DNA from: Mobula hypostoma
Taxonomy: Eukaryota
Length of the DNA stretch: 64,000 nucleotides
Reading direction: 5' to 3'
Assembly (NCBI RefSeq): GCF_963921235.1
Contig: NC_086108.1
Coordinates: 48,920,001-48,984,000 of the forward strand
This document shows, piece after piece, positions 12,501-25,994 of the stretch. A program made the position numbers and the translations under genes. The notes beneath the pieces are model-generated. The model was not told the origin of the DNA. It did not search any database and worked only from the letters and a program-made list of their open reading frames with translations. Within the stretch, counting starts at the first letter, position 1. The number at the start of each line of letters is the position of its first letter.

Positions 12501-14582
12501 AGAGCAGCAATGGCTGGAGTTTCTGCGAAAATTGAAGGAAGTGCAATACAGATACATTCCAAATAAGAAGAAATTTTCAAAGGGAAGAAGGGCACTACTA
12601 TGGCTGATAAGTGAAGTCAGAGGCAAAGTAAAAGCAGAAGAGAGGGCATACAAGGAAACCAGAGCTAGTGGGAGGATTGGGAAGCTTCTACAAACTTGCA
12701 GAAGGAAACTAAGAAGGTCATTAGGAAGGAAAAGATGAATTATGAAAGGAAGCTGGTGACTAATATCAAAAAAGATACTGAAAACTTTTTTAAGTATATA
12801 GAAAGTAAAAGAGAGTCAGGGGTAGATATAGGACTAATACAAAATGACACTGGAGATATTGTAATGAGAGATGCAGAGATGGCAGAAGAACTAATGGGTA
12901 TTTTGCATCAGTCTTCACAGTGGAAGACATCTGCAGTATACCGGACATTCAAGAGTGTCAGGGAAGTGAAGTTTGTACAGTGAAAATTATGACTGAGAAG
13001 GTGCTCAGGAAGCTTAATGGTCTGAGGGTGGATAAATCTCCTGGACCTGATGGAATGTATCCTCGGGTTCTGAAGGAAGTAGCTGAAGAGATTGCGGAGG
13101 CATTAACGATGATCTTTCAAGAATCAATAGATTCTGGCATTGTACAGGATGGCTGGAAAATTGTAAATGTTACTCCACTATTTAAGAAGGGTGGGAGGCG
13201 GCTGAAAGGAAACGATAGATCTGTTAGCCTGACATCAGTGGTTGGGAAGTTGTTGGAATCGATTGTTAGGGATGAGATTACAAGAGTACCTGGAGGCACA
13301 TGACAAGATAGGCCAAAGCCAGCATTGTTTCCTGAAAGGAAAATCCTGCCTGACAAACCTACTGCAATTCTTTGAGGAAATTACAAGCAGGGTAGACAAA
13401 GGAGATGCAGTTGAAGTGGTGTATTTGGATTTTCAGAAGGGCTTTGACAAGGTGCCGCACATGAGGCTGCTTAGCAAGATAAGAGCCCATGGAATTACAG
13501 GGAAGTTACTAGTATGGGTGGAGCATTGGCTGATGGGCAGAAAACAGAGAGTGGGAATAAGGAGATCCTATTCTGGTTGGCTGCAGGTTACCAGTGGATT
13601 TCCACAGAGGTCAGTGTTGGCACTGCTGCTTTTTACAATGTATGTCAATTATTTGGACTATGGTATTAATGAATTTGTGGCTAAGTTTGTCGATGATACA
13701 AAGATAGGTGGAGGAGCGGGTAGTGTTGAGGAAATGGAGAGCCTGCAGAGAGACTTAGATAGTTTAGGGGAATGGGCAAACAAGTGGCAAATGAAATACA
13801 ATGTCGGAAAGTGTACGGTCATGCACTTTGGTGGAAGAAATAAATGGGTAGACTATTATTTAGATGGAGAGAGAATTCAAAATGCAGAGATGCAAAGAGA
13901 CTTGGGAATCCTTGTGCAGGATACCCTAAAGGTTAACCTCCAGGTTGAGTCCGTGGTGAAGAAGGCAAATGCAATGTTGGCATTCATTTCTAGAGGTATA
14001 GAATATAAGAGCAGGGATGTGATGTCTCATGAGACCACACGGAATATTGTGTGCAGTTTTGGGCTCCTTATTTTGGAAAGAATATACTGACATTGGAGAG
14101 GGTTCAGAGAAGATTCACGAGAATGATTCCAGGAATGAAAGGGTTACAATATGAGGAACGTCTGGCCACTCAAGCTGTATTCCCCGGAGTTCAGGAGAAT
14201 GAGGGGGAATCTCATAGAAACATTCCGAATGTTAAAAGGCCTGAACAGATTAGATATGGCAACATTATTTCCCATGGTAGGGGACTCTAGGACAAGAGGA
14301 TTGAAGAACGTCCATTTAGAACTGAGATACGGAGAAATTACTTTAGTCAGAGGGTGGTAAATCTGTGGAATTTGTTGCCACGAGCGGCTGTGGAGGCCAA
14401 GTCATTGGGTGCATTTAAGGCAGAGATAGATAGGTTCTTGTTTAGCCAGGGCATCAAAGGGTATGGGGTGAAGGCAAGGGGAGTGGGGATGACTGGAAGA
14501 ATTGGATCAGCCCATGATTGAATGGCGGAGTTGACTTGATGGGCCGAATGGCCTCCTGCTCCTATAGCTTATGGTCTATGGT
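9520..14582 (+). mobile_element. Near full-length CR1 LINE, decayed: ORF1 esterase plus ORF2 APE-RT
   Basis: GDSIVRG esterase motif (9799); LYLNARSIRNK and GDFN APE motifs; KSPGPDG, YLDFQKGFDKVPH and KFVDDTK RT motifs; tail cttatggtctatggt; split by a hAT element. Confidence 0.92.
10978..12240 (+). mobile_element. hAT (Buster/Charlie-like) DNA transposon, internally deleted
   Basis: TIRs cagtggtccccaacc / ggttggtgacccctg; perfect 8-bp TSD gtctaagg (10970-10977 and 12241-12248); peptides CVICGDKLSNEAMKPSKLLRH, YAIQVDKSTD and CTDGA. Confidence 0.93.
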
Positions 14583-14676
14583 ATACACTATTACTGTTTT
14601 CAATGGACAGATACAAAAAAGGCATGAGGAAAAGCAAATCTTTACCTGTTCATCCATCAGACTTTTTTTCTCTTAG

Positions 14677-14817
14677 GTGCGAGTAGATGGATTTAATTAC
14701 ACTGGTATGGGAAATTCTACCAGCAAGAAGGATGCCCAGACAAATGCTGCTCGAGATTTCGTTAATTACCTGGTTAGGGCTGGAGAGATGAAAGCAGAAG
14801 AAGTTCCCAGTCTGAAG
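14677..14817 (+). CDS. DHX9: DHX9 coding exon (human exon 3 equivalent), dsRBD1 C-terminal part
   Basis: ttctcttag|GTGCGA...CTGAAG|gtgagt; 141 nt; VRVDGFNYTGMGNSTSKKDAQTNAARDFVNYLVRAGEMKAEEVPSLK matches DHX9 dsRBD1. Confidence 0.97.
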
Positions 14818-15168
14818 GTGAGTACATTTTGACTAACTCTTCCTTTTCCATATAGAGTTTGTGTTTAAAAAATGAGTGAAACAGACATTTAGAACTTAAT
14901 GTATGTTTTCTGTGTTTGCCCTCTGTTGTAGAAGCAACTCTGAATGATACTAAATTTTAGAATATAGGTAATATAAAGAAAATCAATGTTTTAATTTCTG
15001 TCAGCCATTAAGATACTTCTACCTATTATTTTTCCTTCAACTTGTATATTTTGATAGAAAGTATATTACAGTAGAATTTCTGAGCTTGTTTTTACCTGAA
15101 CTTAATATATAAAACATCTAAAATCAGTACTGTTTGCTGAATATTTACAGTTGATTTAAATTTGATAG

Positions 15169-15259
15169 GGAAATGAACCTAGTGCTGTTGATGGGAGTGA
15201 TGGTGTGCCAAGGGACTCGCCTTCAAGTGTTCCTCAATTAGCTATAAAGCAATCACCTG
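15169..15259 (+). CDS. DHX9: DHX9 exon 4 equivalent, divergent linker
   Basis: tttgatag|GGAAAT...CCTG|gtgagt; 91 nt, phase 0 to 1, which fits the flanking exons; GNEPSAVDGSDGVPRDSPSSVPQLAIKQSP. Confidence 0.8.
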
Positions 15260-15759
15260 GTGAGTCTTTCCTTTTTTCTGGGAGTGAGGCTGGCTGTTCC
15301 AGGATTCTTATAATGTATTATAATTATTCCTGTATGTGTGATTGCTAAAGGAGAGAAAAATCAGATTAAAGCTGAAAGTTCAATTGTTTTATTTAATGTG
15401 AAAGGCTCATAATTTTGATAAGATGGTGAGAAGTAATATATTCATTGGTAAATGTCACTGCTGGTGTCATTTGTATTTCTTATTTAGTATTTGGTTGCAA
15501 TGAGATCAGCATTTTCTGAGATACTCAAGAATATAGAATAGTACAACACAGGAACAGGCCCTTCAGTCTACAGTGTTGTGCCAAATCAAGTAAAAATAGC
15601 AGTTTTCTGTCCTGCCTTCAGAACGTGGTGACAGGTGCTGTTTTCCTTGTGCACAAGCAAAATAAACTGCGTGTGAATTGTAAGAGTGTATGTTCTAGGT
15701 CCAGTTTTGTTTTGTATTTATATATCTATTCATTCATTCATTCATTTTATTATCAGCAA

Positions 15760-16270
15760 TGACACCAGTCAAGTCATGCCTTATTAACTTGGTTGAATTT
15801 CTTGACAAGTTGAAGAGAGTGATTGATGGAGGTAGTGCTGTGGATGGTGCCTACATAGATTACAGTAAGGTATTTGACAAGGTCCCTCATAGGACGCTCA
15901 TCCAGAAGATTAATATAAAAGGAATCTATGGTGAATGGCCATTTGGATCAGAACCTGCTTGCCCATAGAAGACAGAGCACAGGTTGAAGGGACATTCTCA
16001 CTAGAGGTCTATGATTAATGGTGTTCCACAAGAATCTATAGTGAGACCTCTGCTGTTTTTGATGACCTGGATGAAAATATAGATAGATGGGTAGGTAGTA
16101 AGTTTGCAAATGATACCTAGATTAGTGGCACTGTGAATAGCGTAAAAGACTGGCAAACACAGCAAGATATAGATCATTTGCAGATATAGGTGGAGAATTG
16201 GTGCATACAGTTTAACCTCTCCAAATATGAAGTGCTCCACCTTCATAGGTCAAATGTAAAGAGACAAATC
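15760..16270 (+). mobile_element. CR1 RT fragment
   Basis: KSCLINLVEF...YIDYSKVFDKVPH. Confidence 0.75.
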
Positions 16271-16316
16271 AGTACACTGTTTAGGTCAAGGAGATCAGCA
16301 TTTTCTGAGATATTCA

Positions 16317-16520
16317 AGCCACCCGTCTGGCACCAACAGTCATTTCACGGTCAAAGTCGCTTAGGTCACATTCCTCTACCATTCTGATGTTTGGTCTGAA
16401 CAACAACTGAACCCCTTAACTGTGTGTGCATGCTTTTATGCATTGAGTTGCTGTGACAAAATCGGCTGATTAGATATTTGCTTTAACATAAAGGTGTACC
16501 TAATAATGTGGCCACTGAGT
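16317..16520. mobile_element. Tc1/mariner-derived fragment (one terminus)
   Basis: Ends aggtgtacctaataatgtggccactgagtg followed by TA, a Tc1-like terminus. Confidence 0.5.
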
Positions 16521-17890
16521 GTATATTAATGTTTTATTGCTAATGAATTGGTGGTATAGTACACTGTGAACATTTTAACACCAAAACAGTAAATTAATGC
16601 TGTCTTCATAAACATGTGCCTCACACTTTGTCAATCTGTCAGTCTTGAGGCCATCCCACTCAAGAGACGTGGTAATATTATTTTGTAACTGTATGTGCTA
16701 GTTCGTAACTACATTACTTGCACATGTGTATAGCTAGGGTTCCTGAGACTTCTGCACAGTGCCGTATTTGTCAATGTGTAATGGAGAGCAAGTTTATAAA
16801 TCTGGCGTGGACAAAGGATGTTGGGAATGGTGAGGGTAGAGTGCCGTGGGAGGAGTGTGAGACAAGTGGCAGAGGAGTGTTGGGGCAGGGGTTGGCGCAG
16901 GTGCAGACACACCCAGCCCTGAGACACCAGGCAAGGTAATTTGATTCCAAACAATTGGTTTAATGATCATTACAGAATGTCTCTGGTGTTTCCCACTCCA
17001 TTCCCTTTCCCTTCTCCTTTTCCCAACCATGATATATCTCTCCCTGCCCCCTTATCAGAATCAGGTTTATCATCATTCAGTTATGAAATTTGTTTTTATT
17101 TTTTGCAGCCACAGTACAGTGCAATAGATAAAATTACTGCAGTATTGTGTAAAAGTTTTATATATTTTAGGCCTATGTATGTATGCTATGTTTTGTACCT
17201 TGACCCAGAGGAATGATGTTTCATTTAGCTATATTTATGTGTATGGTTGAATGACAATAAATTTGAACTTGAAGAAGGTTTCTAAATTTACCACAGGATA
17301 TAAATCAACTTGGAAGGTTTAATTTGAACAAGTGCAAATTGAGGCATTTTGGGAAGTTAAACCATGCCAGACATATTCAGTAAATGGTAGGGCCCTCTGG
17401 GGCGGTGTTGTTGCTAGGATGCATGTACATAGTTCCTTAACAATTGGGAACACAGGTAGAGAGTGCAGAAAGGAAAGAGTATGGCAGGCTTGTTTTCATC
17501 AGCCGAGGTCTGTGCATGAGTTTTGGGACATAATGTTACACATGTGCATTAGCTAGGCCACAGAGTCACCTCACATAGGAGGGATGTGATTAAACGTGAG
17601 AGGACATAAAAACTCATAAGGATATTATCTAGGTTGGAGGGCTTGAGTTATTGTGAGAGATTTGATTAGATAAGTCTCTTGGCTGGAAAGAAGATGTGAT
17701 TGTTAAAATTCTGGGAGTCATAGGATAGTGTCTATTTTTGTAGTAGCAGTGTCTAAATCTTAAGGGTATGGGTTTAAGGTGAGAGCGAGGCAATCAGAGA
17801 GATTATACTGCATGTGAATAAAAGTATTAGTATCTGGAAAGAGGATCCAGAAGCAAGAACAGTGAAAATTTTAGAGGCGTGTAACAGGTA

Positions 17891-19060
17891 CAGGTTTCCC
17901 TCGCCACCCGAAGGTAGAGCGTTCCTGTGAAACGGTTCGTAAGCGGAAATGTCGTAAAGCGAAGAAGCAATTACCATTTATTTATATGGGAAAACTTTGT
18001 GAGCGTTTGCATACCCAAAAATAACCTACCAAATCATGACAAATAACACATAAAACCTAAAATAACAGTAACATATAGTAAAAGCAGGAATGATATGATA
18101 AATACACAGCCCATATAAAGTAGAAATTCTCAGAGGCGATGCAATCGGAAATCGGCACTGATCTGGGCCAACAATTACGTGTCGGCGGCACCTATTTAAT
18201 TAGCTTGTTTATTTCGGCTTTTTTCTTAAAGATGTGCTGTGTGCCTCCCGGCTACCGTTGCATTCTCCGCGAATCGGTACAGTATCTGTCCGGGGCCCGG
18301 GGCTTGGGGTGGTGGGACACGGGTGTCATCTCATCGTTGATCAGGGCAAGCAGCTCATCTTCTCCTATGACTGCCCGCCTCGATGTCGAAGATCGAGGTT
18401 CGTCGTCTGCTGTGGCTGATGTGGAAGGCTTGCTTGACTGCTGAGTCTCACGCATTTTTCTATCATACAGTTGTTTGTAAGGACTCAAACCATCCTGCAA
18501 ATATCCCCTAAACCTACGTACCCTTTCAAAATTAAAGTCGAACTTTTATCATTGCAGCGAAAATCTCACGCAGCTGCTTCACGTTCAGTTCGCTACTGCA
18601 TTCGGTTTCGATTGTTATCCTTTCCTCTTCCAATTGCATCAGCTCTTCATCTATCAGTTCTTGGTCATGGGATGCCAAAACCTCTTCAACATCATCTTTG
18701 TCAGTTTCCACAAGCCAAACTCACTTTGTCCTTGCTTCGTTCACCACAATCGAAACGCTTAATTATGTCTAGTTTTACACTAAGTGTAACACCCTTACGA
18801 TACCTTAGAACTCATCTTGCTAACGGCTGCTCACAGGCACATGTTAAAGCAATGCCATTCCGAATCCGGGGGAGAGCGACTGCTCGGGGCGCATGCTGCC
18901 TTTTATCGCACACTGATTTTTTCAGTGCTGATTTTTTATTGCGCGCTGCCTTTCTTCGTAACAGTGAAAACACCTTCTGAAAGTGAAAATGGTACCAACG
19001 TAGGTCTTTCGTAACAGTGAGGTTTCGTAAAGCGAACGTTCGAAAAGCAGGGGACACCTG
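17891..19060 (-). mobile_element. Tigger/pogo non-autonomous deletion derivative
   Basis: TA-caggtttccc...gggacacctg-TA imperfect TIRs; minus-strand remnant TLSVKLDIIKRFD (HTH start) fused to C-terminal sequence. Confidence 0.8.
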
Positions 19061-19266
19061 TAGTTGAATGAGCTTGCGGTGGAGTAAATGAAATTAATAT
19101 GGAAAGTAAGGTTAATGCAGATTGACATGATGGTTGGCATAGATGCTCTGAGCTGAAGGGCCTGTTTCTATGCAGTTTATCTCTGACGTTAATGTGGTTA
19201 AATAGTATAAAAAGATATATAACCAATATTGCTTTAAAAATTGTTATCTGGTTTCTGGTTTTGCAG

Positions 19267-19355
19267 GCCATGGAGGAGGATTTGGTGGTTATTGGGAACG
19301 TGGAGCCAATTTAAAGGAATATTATGAAAAGAGAGATGAGCAAGAAGCCCAAGCA
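19267..19355 (+). CDS. DHX9: DHX9 exon 5 equivalent
   Basis: ttttgcag|GCCATG...CAAGCA|gtaagt; HGGGFGGYWERGANLKEYYEKRDEQEAQA. Confidence 0.95.
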
Positions 19356-21006
19356 GTAAGTCATCGTGTTCTTAATGAGAACTAAAAATGGTAATGTGAA
19401 AGGTATTCAGCATCTTCATTATCACAGTTGGATTTTTTTTTCACCAAAAACACAAATACATGACTTGCATGCATTTAGTTTTCAGCTTGAAACAAATCCT
19501 ATTGAAGCAAAAAAATGAAGTACCAGAATGAAGGCTGCTTGTTTGTTTTATTAACACTGTGTTTTCTTTAATTTATTTGTCTTTTTTGTTTTGGTTGCAT
19601 ATTATGAGTATTATATTGCTTGTCAATAAAACAGATGTTTTACAGTGCCTTGGTGAAAAAAGTATTTGCTGATCTGGACTAGAACTTCAGTCTCTGATCC
19701 ATAATAAGGGCTTTGGGTGAATATAATAGATTTTGATAATTTAGGGTTAGGGGAAACTAAGATTTTCACTTAGTTCAAGTTCATGCCTAATTGTCATTCA
19801 ACCACAGATAAATGTAATGAAATGAAACAGTGATTGGGACCAAGCTGCAAAACTCATTGCCAACAGTGCACAGCAGACTACACATTAGCACAAATAGCAC
19901 TTATGGTTGTGTTTTCAGAAAAACATACCCGGCACACACAAAAAAGTATAGCCCAAGTCTTGAGTAGCGTGACTGTAGATTGCTCTGGTCCAGCTTGTTC
20001 TTCCACTGAGCGAACAGTGGAGGGCAGTATTGACAGAATGGGCCAGCCTCCAGCCCAGTACTGGTTCCAGCGTGCCCAACAGAGGCCACTTCTCTCTCCC
20101 ACAGCACCTCGGCCTTTCCTCCCCTGGGCGGCTACAACTGGTGAAACTGTGGCCTCTCTCTAGTCCTTGCCACAAACAATGCAGTGCAGATCCCCAGTTT
20201 TTGGTCTCTTCAGTGGACTGGACTTGCAGTATTCTACATTACCAACAGAGCCTAGTGATCACAATAAAAAAAAAATCAAAGCCAATTACTCACTCCATTT
20301 GTTGGATCGCGTAGCTTCTTGGCAAAATGGTACGCAACAAGTCCAGGTGACAATACAACAGGACGCATTAAGTCCAGCTCTGTCGTTATCGAACAGCTCG
20401 CTGATGGGATAGTCCTGCAGTACTTGTTGTTCTTAGTATCCAACAGTGAATTGCAAATGTAAGAGTCATGCAGGACAAACAAATACAGCTTTGATTGGAT
20501 CCAGTGTCACTGCTGCAACTGAACACATCACCATCTTACTGGCAAAGATATTATGCAATGCACAGAGACAAATTCAGATTTTACTATTAATGAACAAGCA
20601 TAAATGAAAGCATGGGCCATTGACCAACTTCGACTGATGCTTTTCCTTGCTTAGATAATACTGTATGTTGAGACTGTGGTTCATCAAATATTGTGCAGAT
20701 GTTAGAAATTTGAAGTAAAATTAAAAGTTGCCAAAAATACTTAGCAGGCCTGGGTATTTCTGTGGAAAGGGAAGCAGATAATTTTCTTTTTTTCTTTGGT
20801 CCATTGGTATACCCCATAGCACCTTATATTTTCCTTTATCGTGCAAATTAGAACTTATTTTTGACTTTTTCTGCTATTGTTAAAAGGTTATCAGTTATTT
20901 TATCTTTATTTATGTTGCCTATTCATAAATAAATTTCTGATTTTTTTTTTTTGTTTTGTCTTCCTTTATTTTGTGCATGTCTAAAACAAAACTTGATTTT
21001 TCCTAG

Positions 21007-21155
21007 ACACTGGAGTCGGAAGGCTTGGATTTAAATGCTGGTCTTCATGGTAACTGGACGCTTGAAAATTCCAAGGCTCAACTCAACCAATTCTTTCAAA
21101 AAGAGAAGATTCAAGCTGACTACAAATATTCTCAAGTGGGACCTGATCACAACAG
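21007..21155 (+). CDS. DHX9: DHX9 exon 6 equivalent, start of dsRBD2
   Basis: tttcctag|ACACTG...AACAG|gtttgc; 149 nt; TLESEGLDLNAGLHGNWTLENSKAQLNQFFQKEKIQADYKYSQVGPDHN(R). Confidence 0.97.
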
Positions 21156-22139
21156 GTTTGCTATATTTTGGTTGTGGAGTAATCAATTTGAGTAATTCTA
21201 CATTATTCATATTCAAAGCTTTCATTTCATGCAATTTTCTACAGATTGGGTTTCTGTGATAGACGCAATACATCTAATGTCAACTTGTTCACATTGAAGA
21301 TGGTGCTAATTGTCTTGCTTTGATTCAGATAGAATTAATCTGTTTAAAGGAATCTATAGAGATGAATAACTAATACATCCATGTAAGCTAACTAAGCTGA
21401 ATGATTGGATCAAAAATTTAAAAAGCTATATTATATTTCTTGTTTTCCATTTACATGCAGAAGATAACTGTTCTGCATATTCTTAAGACTATAAGAACTG
21501 CATGTTTATAATTGTCATAATCGGTTCTTTGCTAACACATTTACTTTGTTATTAGGAGAGTAGTTTGACATTCCATTCCAGAGATTTATTTTCTTTGTTA
21601 TAACTTTGCTATACTACAAGGATGCTGAAGGGATAGACATTTTGGATGAACTATTGTCCAAGACCCAGAATGAATCTTAAGGTGGGCGTAAAATATTCTA
21701 GCCAACGTGCCTCAACCAATTTAAGAGTGTATCATAAAAAAAGGAGTCAGAGTAGGCCACGTGGCTCACTGTGCTTGATCTGCCATTCTGTAATATAATA
21801 GCTTATTTCTGCTCATATCCTTTGATTCCCTTGATGTTCAAAAATGTAATGATATCCGTTTATAATCCTTTGGTAAGTTATTTGAAACTTCCAGAACTCC
21901 CAGGGTGAAAATATTTCTTCTCATCCTAGTCCTGAATGATCAAGACCATACTTTGAGACTCTTCTGTGCTTCTTGACATTACTAGCCATTGGGAACATCT
22001 CTGCATCAAACATGTTACATTCTTCAAGAGCTTTGTGTTACTCTGAGGCCACCTTTCTGATTCTTTCCATTAACTAATCTTAGTTTTTCAGCTACTCATT
22101 CATCTTGACTTGCAGTTTTAAAGAAGATTTTCCATAAGA

Positions 22140-24745
22140 ATCGGGTTTAGTATTAGTGATATGTTATGAAGCATATTGCTTTGCGGTAGCAGGACATAGT
22201 AATACATAATATTTAAAAAGTAAATGGTGCAAGAAGAGAGCAAAAAGATGAAAATGAGGTAGTGTACATGGGTTCATTGTCCATTGAGAAATCTGATGGT
22301 GGGGAGGAAGCTGTTCTAAAACATTTGAGTATGTGTCTTCAGGCTCCTAAACTACTTCCTTGGTGTACCAATGAGAAGGGGGCATGTCCTGCTGCATTTG
22401 TGATGATTTGAAGATGTCCTCAATGCTGGGGAGGCTAGTGCCCATGTTAGAGCTGGCTGAGTTTGCAATTTGCTGCATCTTTTTCCGATCCTTTGCAGTT
22501 GCCCCTGCATACTAGGTGGTGATGCAACTAGTTAGAATGCTCTGCACAGATAATTGTGTATAGATAATTGTGATAATCTTTGCTGACATACCAAGTCTCT
22601 TCAAACTCCTAATAAAACATAGCTACTGTCATGCCTTCTTGGTAATTGCATCAATATGTTGGGCCCAGGATAGCTCTTCAGAGATGTTGACACCCAGGAA
22701 CCTAAAACTGCTCACCTGTACCATTGCTGTATCCTCAATGAGAACTGATGTGTGTTTCCTGAACCTCTCCTTCCTGAAGTCTAGAATCAATTCCTTGGTC
22801 GTACTGATGTTGAGAGCAAGGTTGTTGTTGTGACACCACTCAACCAGCTGCTTTATTTCACTCCTATATGCCCTCTCATCACCATCTGAAATTCTGCCAG
22901 CAACGGTTGTGTCATCAACAAATTTATAGCTGGCGCTTGAGCTGTGTCTAGCCACACAGTCATGGGTGTAAATAGAGTAGAGCAGTGGGCTAAGCAGACA
23001 TCTTGGAGGTGCGCTGCTGTTGATTGTCAGCAAAGAGATGTTATTTCCCATCTGCACTGACTGGTCTCTCGATGAGGAAGTCAAGGATCCAGTTACAGAG
23101 GGAGGTACAGAGGCCCAGGTTTTGGAGCTTGTTGATTAGTACTGAGGGTATGATTGTGTTAAACACTGAGCTGTACTCAATAAACAGCAGCCTGATGTAG
23201 GTATTGCATGTGGTCAAGGCTGAGTGAAGAGCCAGTGCGATTGCGTCTGCTGTAGACGTATTTGTGGCAAGTTGATTCTCGCCATGACCAGCCTCTGAAA
23301 ACACTTCAACACAATAGATGTGAGTGCAACTGGGCAATAGTTACTGAGGCAGCTCATCTTGCTCTTCTTGGGCCCTGGTATGATTGTCACTGTTTTGAAG
23401 GAGGCGAGAGCCTCTGACTGCAGCAGTGAGAGATTGAAGTTATCTTTGAACACTCCTCCCAGTTGGTAGTGTGACAAGAATACACATAGATTAAGATGTT
23501 AGCTGTCCTGTGCTGGCCCAGTGGGATCAGCAGTTGGTCTGCCACCTGTCTTCAGGAGAGAGAGAGAGATAAGGAAAACAATGGAGCAGCATTTGGAGAT
23601 GTTAATGAAGGGACGGGAGAGAGTAACGGAAGGAGAGCTGTCAAGATCGGCTCCCCCTTTGAACCCTGAACTGTTTGAAGTGATGGACAGGCGATACCCC
23701 AGCAGGGGAATAAAAAGGGACAGGTTCGCTAAGGCAAGACACACATGACACTCCGAGGTAACGAGACCCTGGAAGCGGTGCATCTCCCACAAGCCGGTGG
23801 GAAGCTTTTGGACGGCTGGTCGCGGGATCAAGCCATAGACGCTCAGGGTGGAAAGGCACAATCGGCGGGAACCTGGTGTGTGTCCACCCTTGCCTGGGTG
23901 CCTGGTTCACCGCAGAGAAACGATCGTATCGGGAAACGGAGGGGTCACGGTCGGTGACCTCAGATGACATCACAAAGGACTCGCCCGAAAGCTGACTGCG
24001 AAGGTCTGTGTGGAAGCCGTTGTGAATATTCATTCGTTTTGCTCTCTCTCTCCTTCCCCCCACACTGTCCATCTCCCACGGCAGCGATTACTGCGAACTG
24101 AACTGAACTAAATTGAACTGAACTTTGCGTCACTTTGAAACTGGTCATTTACCCCTAGACAACGATAGAGCTTGATTGATCCTGTTATCTTAATTCTGTG
24201 TACATGTGTGTTTATCATTGCTGAACTGTTGCATTTATTATCCTTTTGATTAGAGTACTGTGTTGCTTGTTTCTTTAATAAAACTTTCTTAGTTCTAGTA
24301 ATCCAGACTCCAACTGAGTGATCCATTTCTGCTGGTTTGGCAACCCAGTTACGGGGTACGTAACAGCAGGTACAGGTTGACAGTGCTCTTTCAGGTGCAT
24401 TATCAGGGCCTGATGCCCTGTGAGGATTTACCTTCATGAAAGATGTTCTGATGTCTGCCTCTGAGACAAAGATGACAGGGTCACCAGATGATGCAGGGAT
24501 TCACACGTGTGGTTTTATTATCTCTTTCAAAGTGTGCATAAAAGGGGTTGAGCTCATCTGGGGGTGAAGAATTACAGCAATTCATGCTTGTTTGGTTTTT
24601 CCTTGTAGGAAGTAATGGTCTACAAATTCTGCTAGTGCTGATGTGCATCTGATTCCATCTCAGAATTGTTTTCTCGCTCTTAAAATAACCCTCTCTAGGT
24701 TGGACCTGGACTTCTTGCACAGTTCTGGATCACCAGTCTTGAATG
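22140..24745 (-). mobile_element. Rex1/Babar-type LINE, decayed, split by a solo LTR
   Basis: Minus-strand peptides [32 protein letters not shown] and YKFVDDT. Confidence 0.85.
23470..24365 (+). mobile_element. Solo LTR (Gypsy-like)
   Basis: TGTGACA...GTAACA termini; 4-bp flanks gtag/gcag; aataaa near 24277; cleanly interrupts the Rex LINE. Confidence 0.75.
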
Positions 24746-25575
24746 CCACATAAGTCGCATGCATCTGTATCGCAGTGGAATAAAGGGAAATACAGAGGCA
24801 TGAGAGGAGCTTACCCAGGTGGATTGGAGGAGGATTCTGGTGGGGATGACGGCAGAGCAGAGGTTGCTGAAATTTCTGGTAACAGTTCACAAGGTGCAAG
24901 ATAGGTATGTCCCACAGAAGATGTGGTTCTCAGTGGCAGAGATAGGCAACCGTGGCTGACAAGGGAAGCTAAGGAATAAAAGCCAAGGAACAGGCATATA
25001 AGGTAGCAAGAGTGGGAAGTTGGATGGTTAGGAAGCTTTTAAAATCCAACAAAAGGCAACTAAGAAAGCTATAAGAAGGGAAAAGATGAAATATAAGGGC
25101 AAACTAGCCAATAATATAAAACAGGATACCAAGAAATTTTTCAGTTATATAAAGAGTAAAAGGGAGGTGAAAGTTCATATTGGACCACTGGAAAATGATG
25201 CTGGTGAGGTAGTAATAGGGGACAAAGAAATGGCTTATGAAAATAATGGGTACTTTGCATCTGTCTTCATTGTGGGAGACAGATGCAAAGGCTTGTAAGT
25301 GTCAGGAAGCAGGAGTTCTAGGCAAACATGAAAGTCACCTGGACCAGATGGACTACATCCCAAAGTCCTGAGAGAGTTGCTGCAGCGATAACGGATGCAT
25401 TGGTCATGATCTTTCAAGAATGACTTGATTCTGGCATGGACCCAGAGGACTGGAAGATTGCAAATGTCACTACTCTTTGAGAAAGGAGAAGGGCAAAAGA
25501 AAGGAAATAATAGGCCAGTTAGCCTAACTTTGGTGGTTGGGAAAGTGTTGAAGTCTATTATTAAGGCTGAGGTCC
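24746..25575 (+). mobile_element. CR1 ORF2 fragment
   Basis: NIKQDTKKFFSYIKSK; NNRPVSLTLVVGK. Confidence 0.8.
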
Positions 25576-25994
25576 TCGATGTCCCTCTTGTACTGCAATC
25601 TTGCTCCGAGGTCTTCAGTTTTACAGAGAATGTATAGTCGTGAGTGGGAGTCTTAAGGCCTCTGCGTTTCAATTGTACCTGTAGCCCAATGTGCCTTCTC
25701 TGCTTCAGTTTTCGTAAAGGAGAATGGCACTCGCGATCTGAGTCTGCTGTCTGGGAGTCCATCAAATTTGAGGATCAATAGGTTTTCAGAAATGACTTAA
25801 AACTATGTTGCTTACTGAAGTATCCATGGTGATGATTCCTATTGGAGCTGCATGCAAAGAGCTGCCACTTACAGCGCCATCTTGAGACAGTGCTTTATTC
25901 CATAAAGTCAGTTGCTAAATGTTTGAGTAATTTCCTTCTGTTTTCCCCGAGTATAATTTCTTGTATCTCAGTCTGTAAAAGTCTGCTTTCCTTT

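Noticed and set aside
1..14676. DHX9 promoter, first exon or ATG exon
   Set aside because: No MGD(V/I)KNFLYAWC-like coding exon or CpG-island promoter was found; the region is TE-filled intron 2.
19834..20412. Cluster of short overlapping ORFs in intron 5
   Set aside because: No recognisable domains or consistent splice signals; probably an old retroelement UTR on the minus strand.
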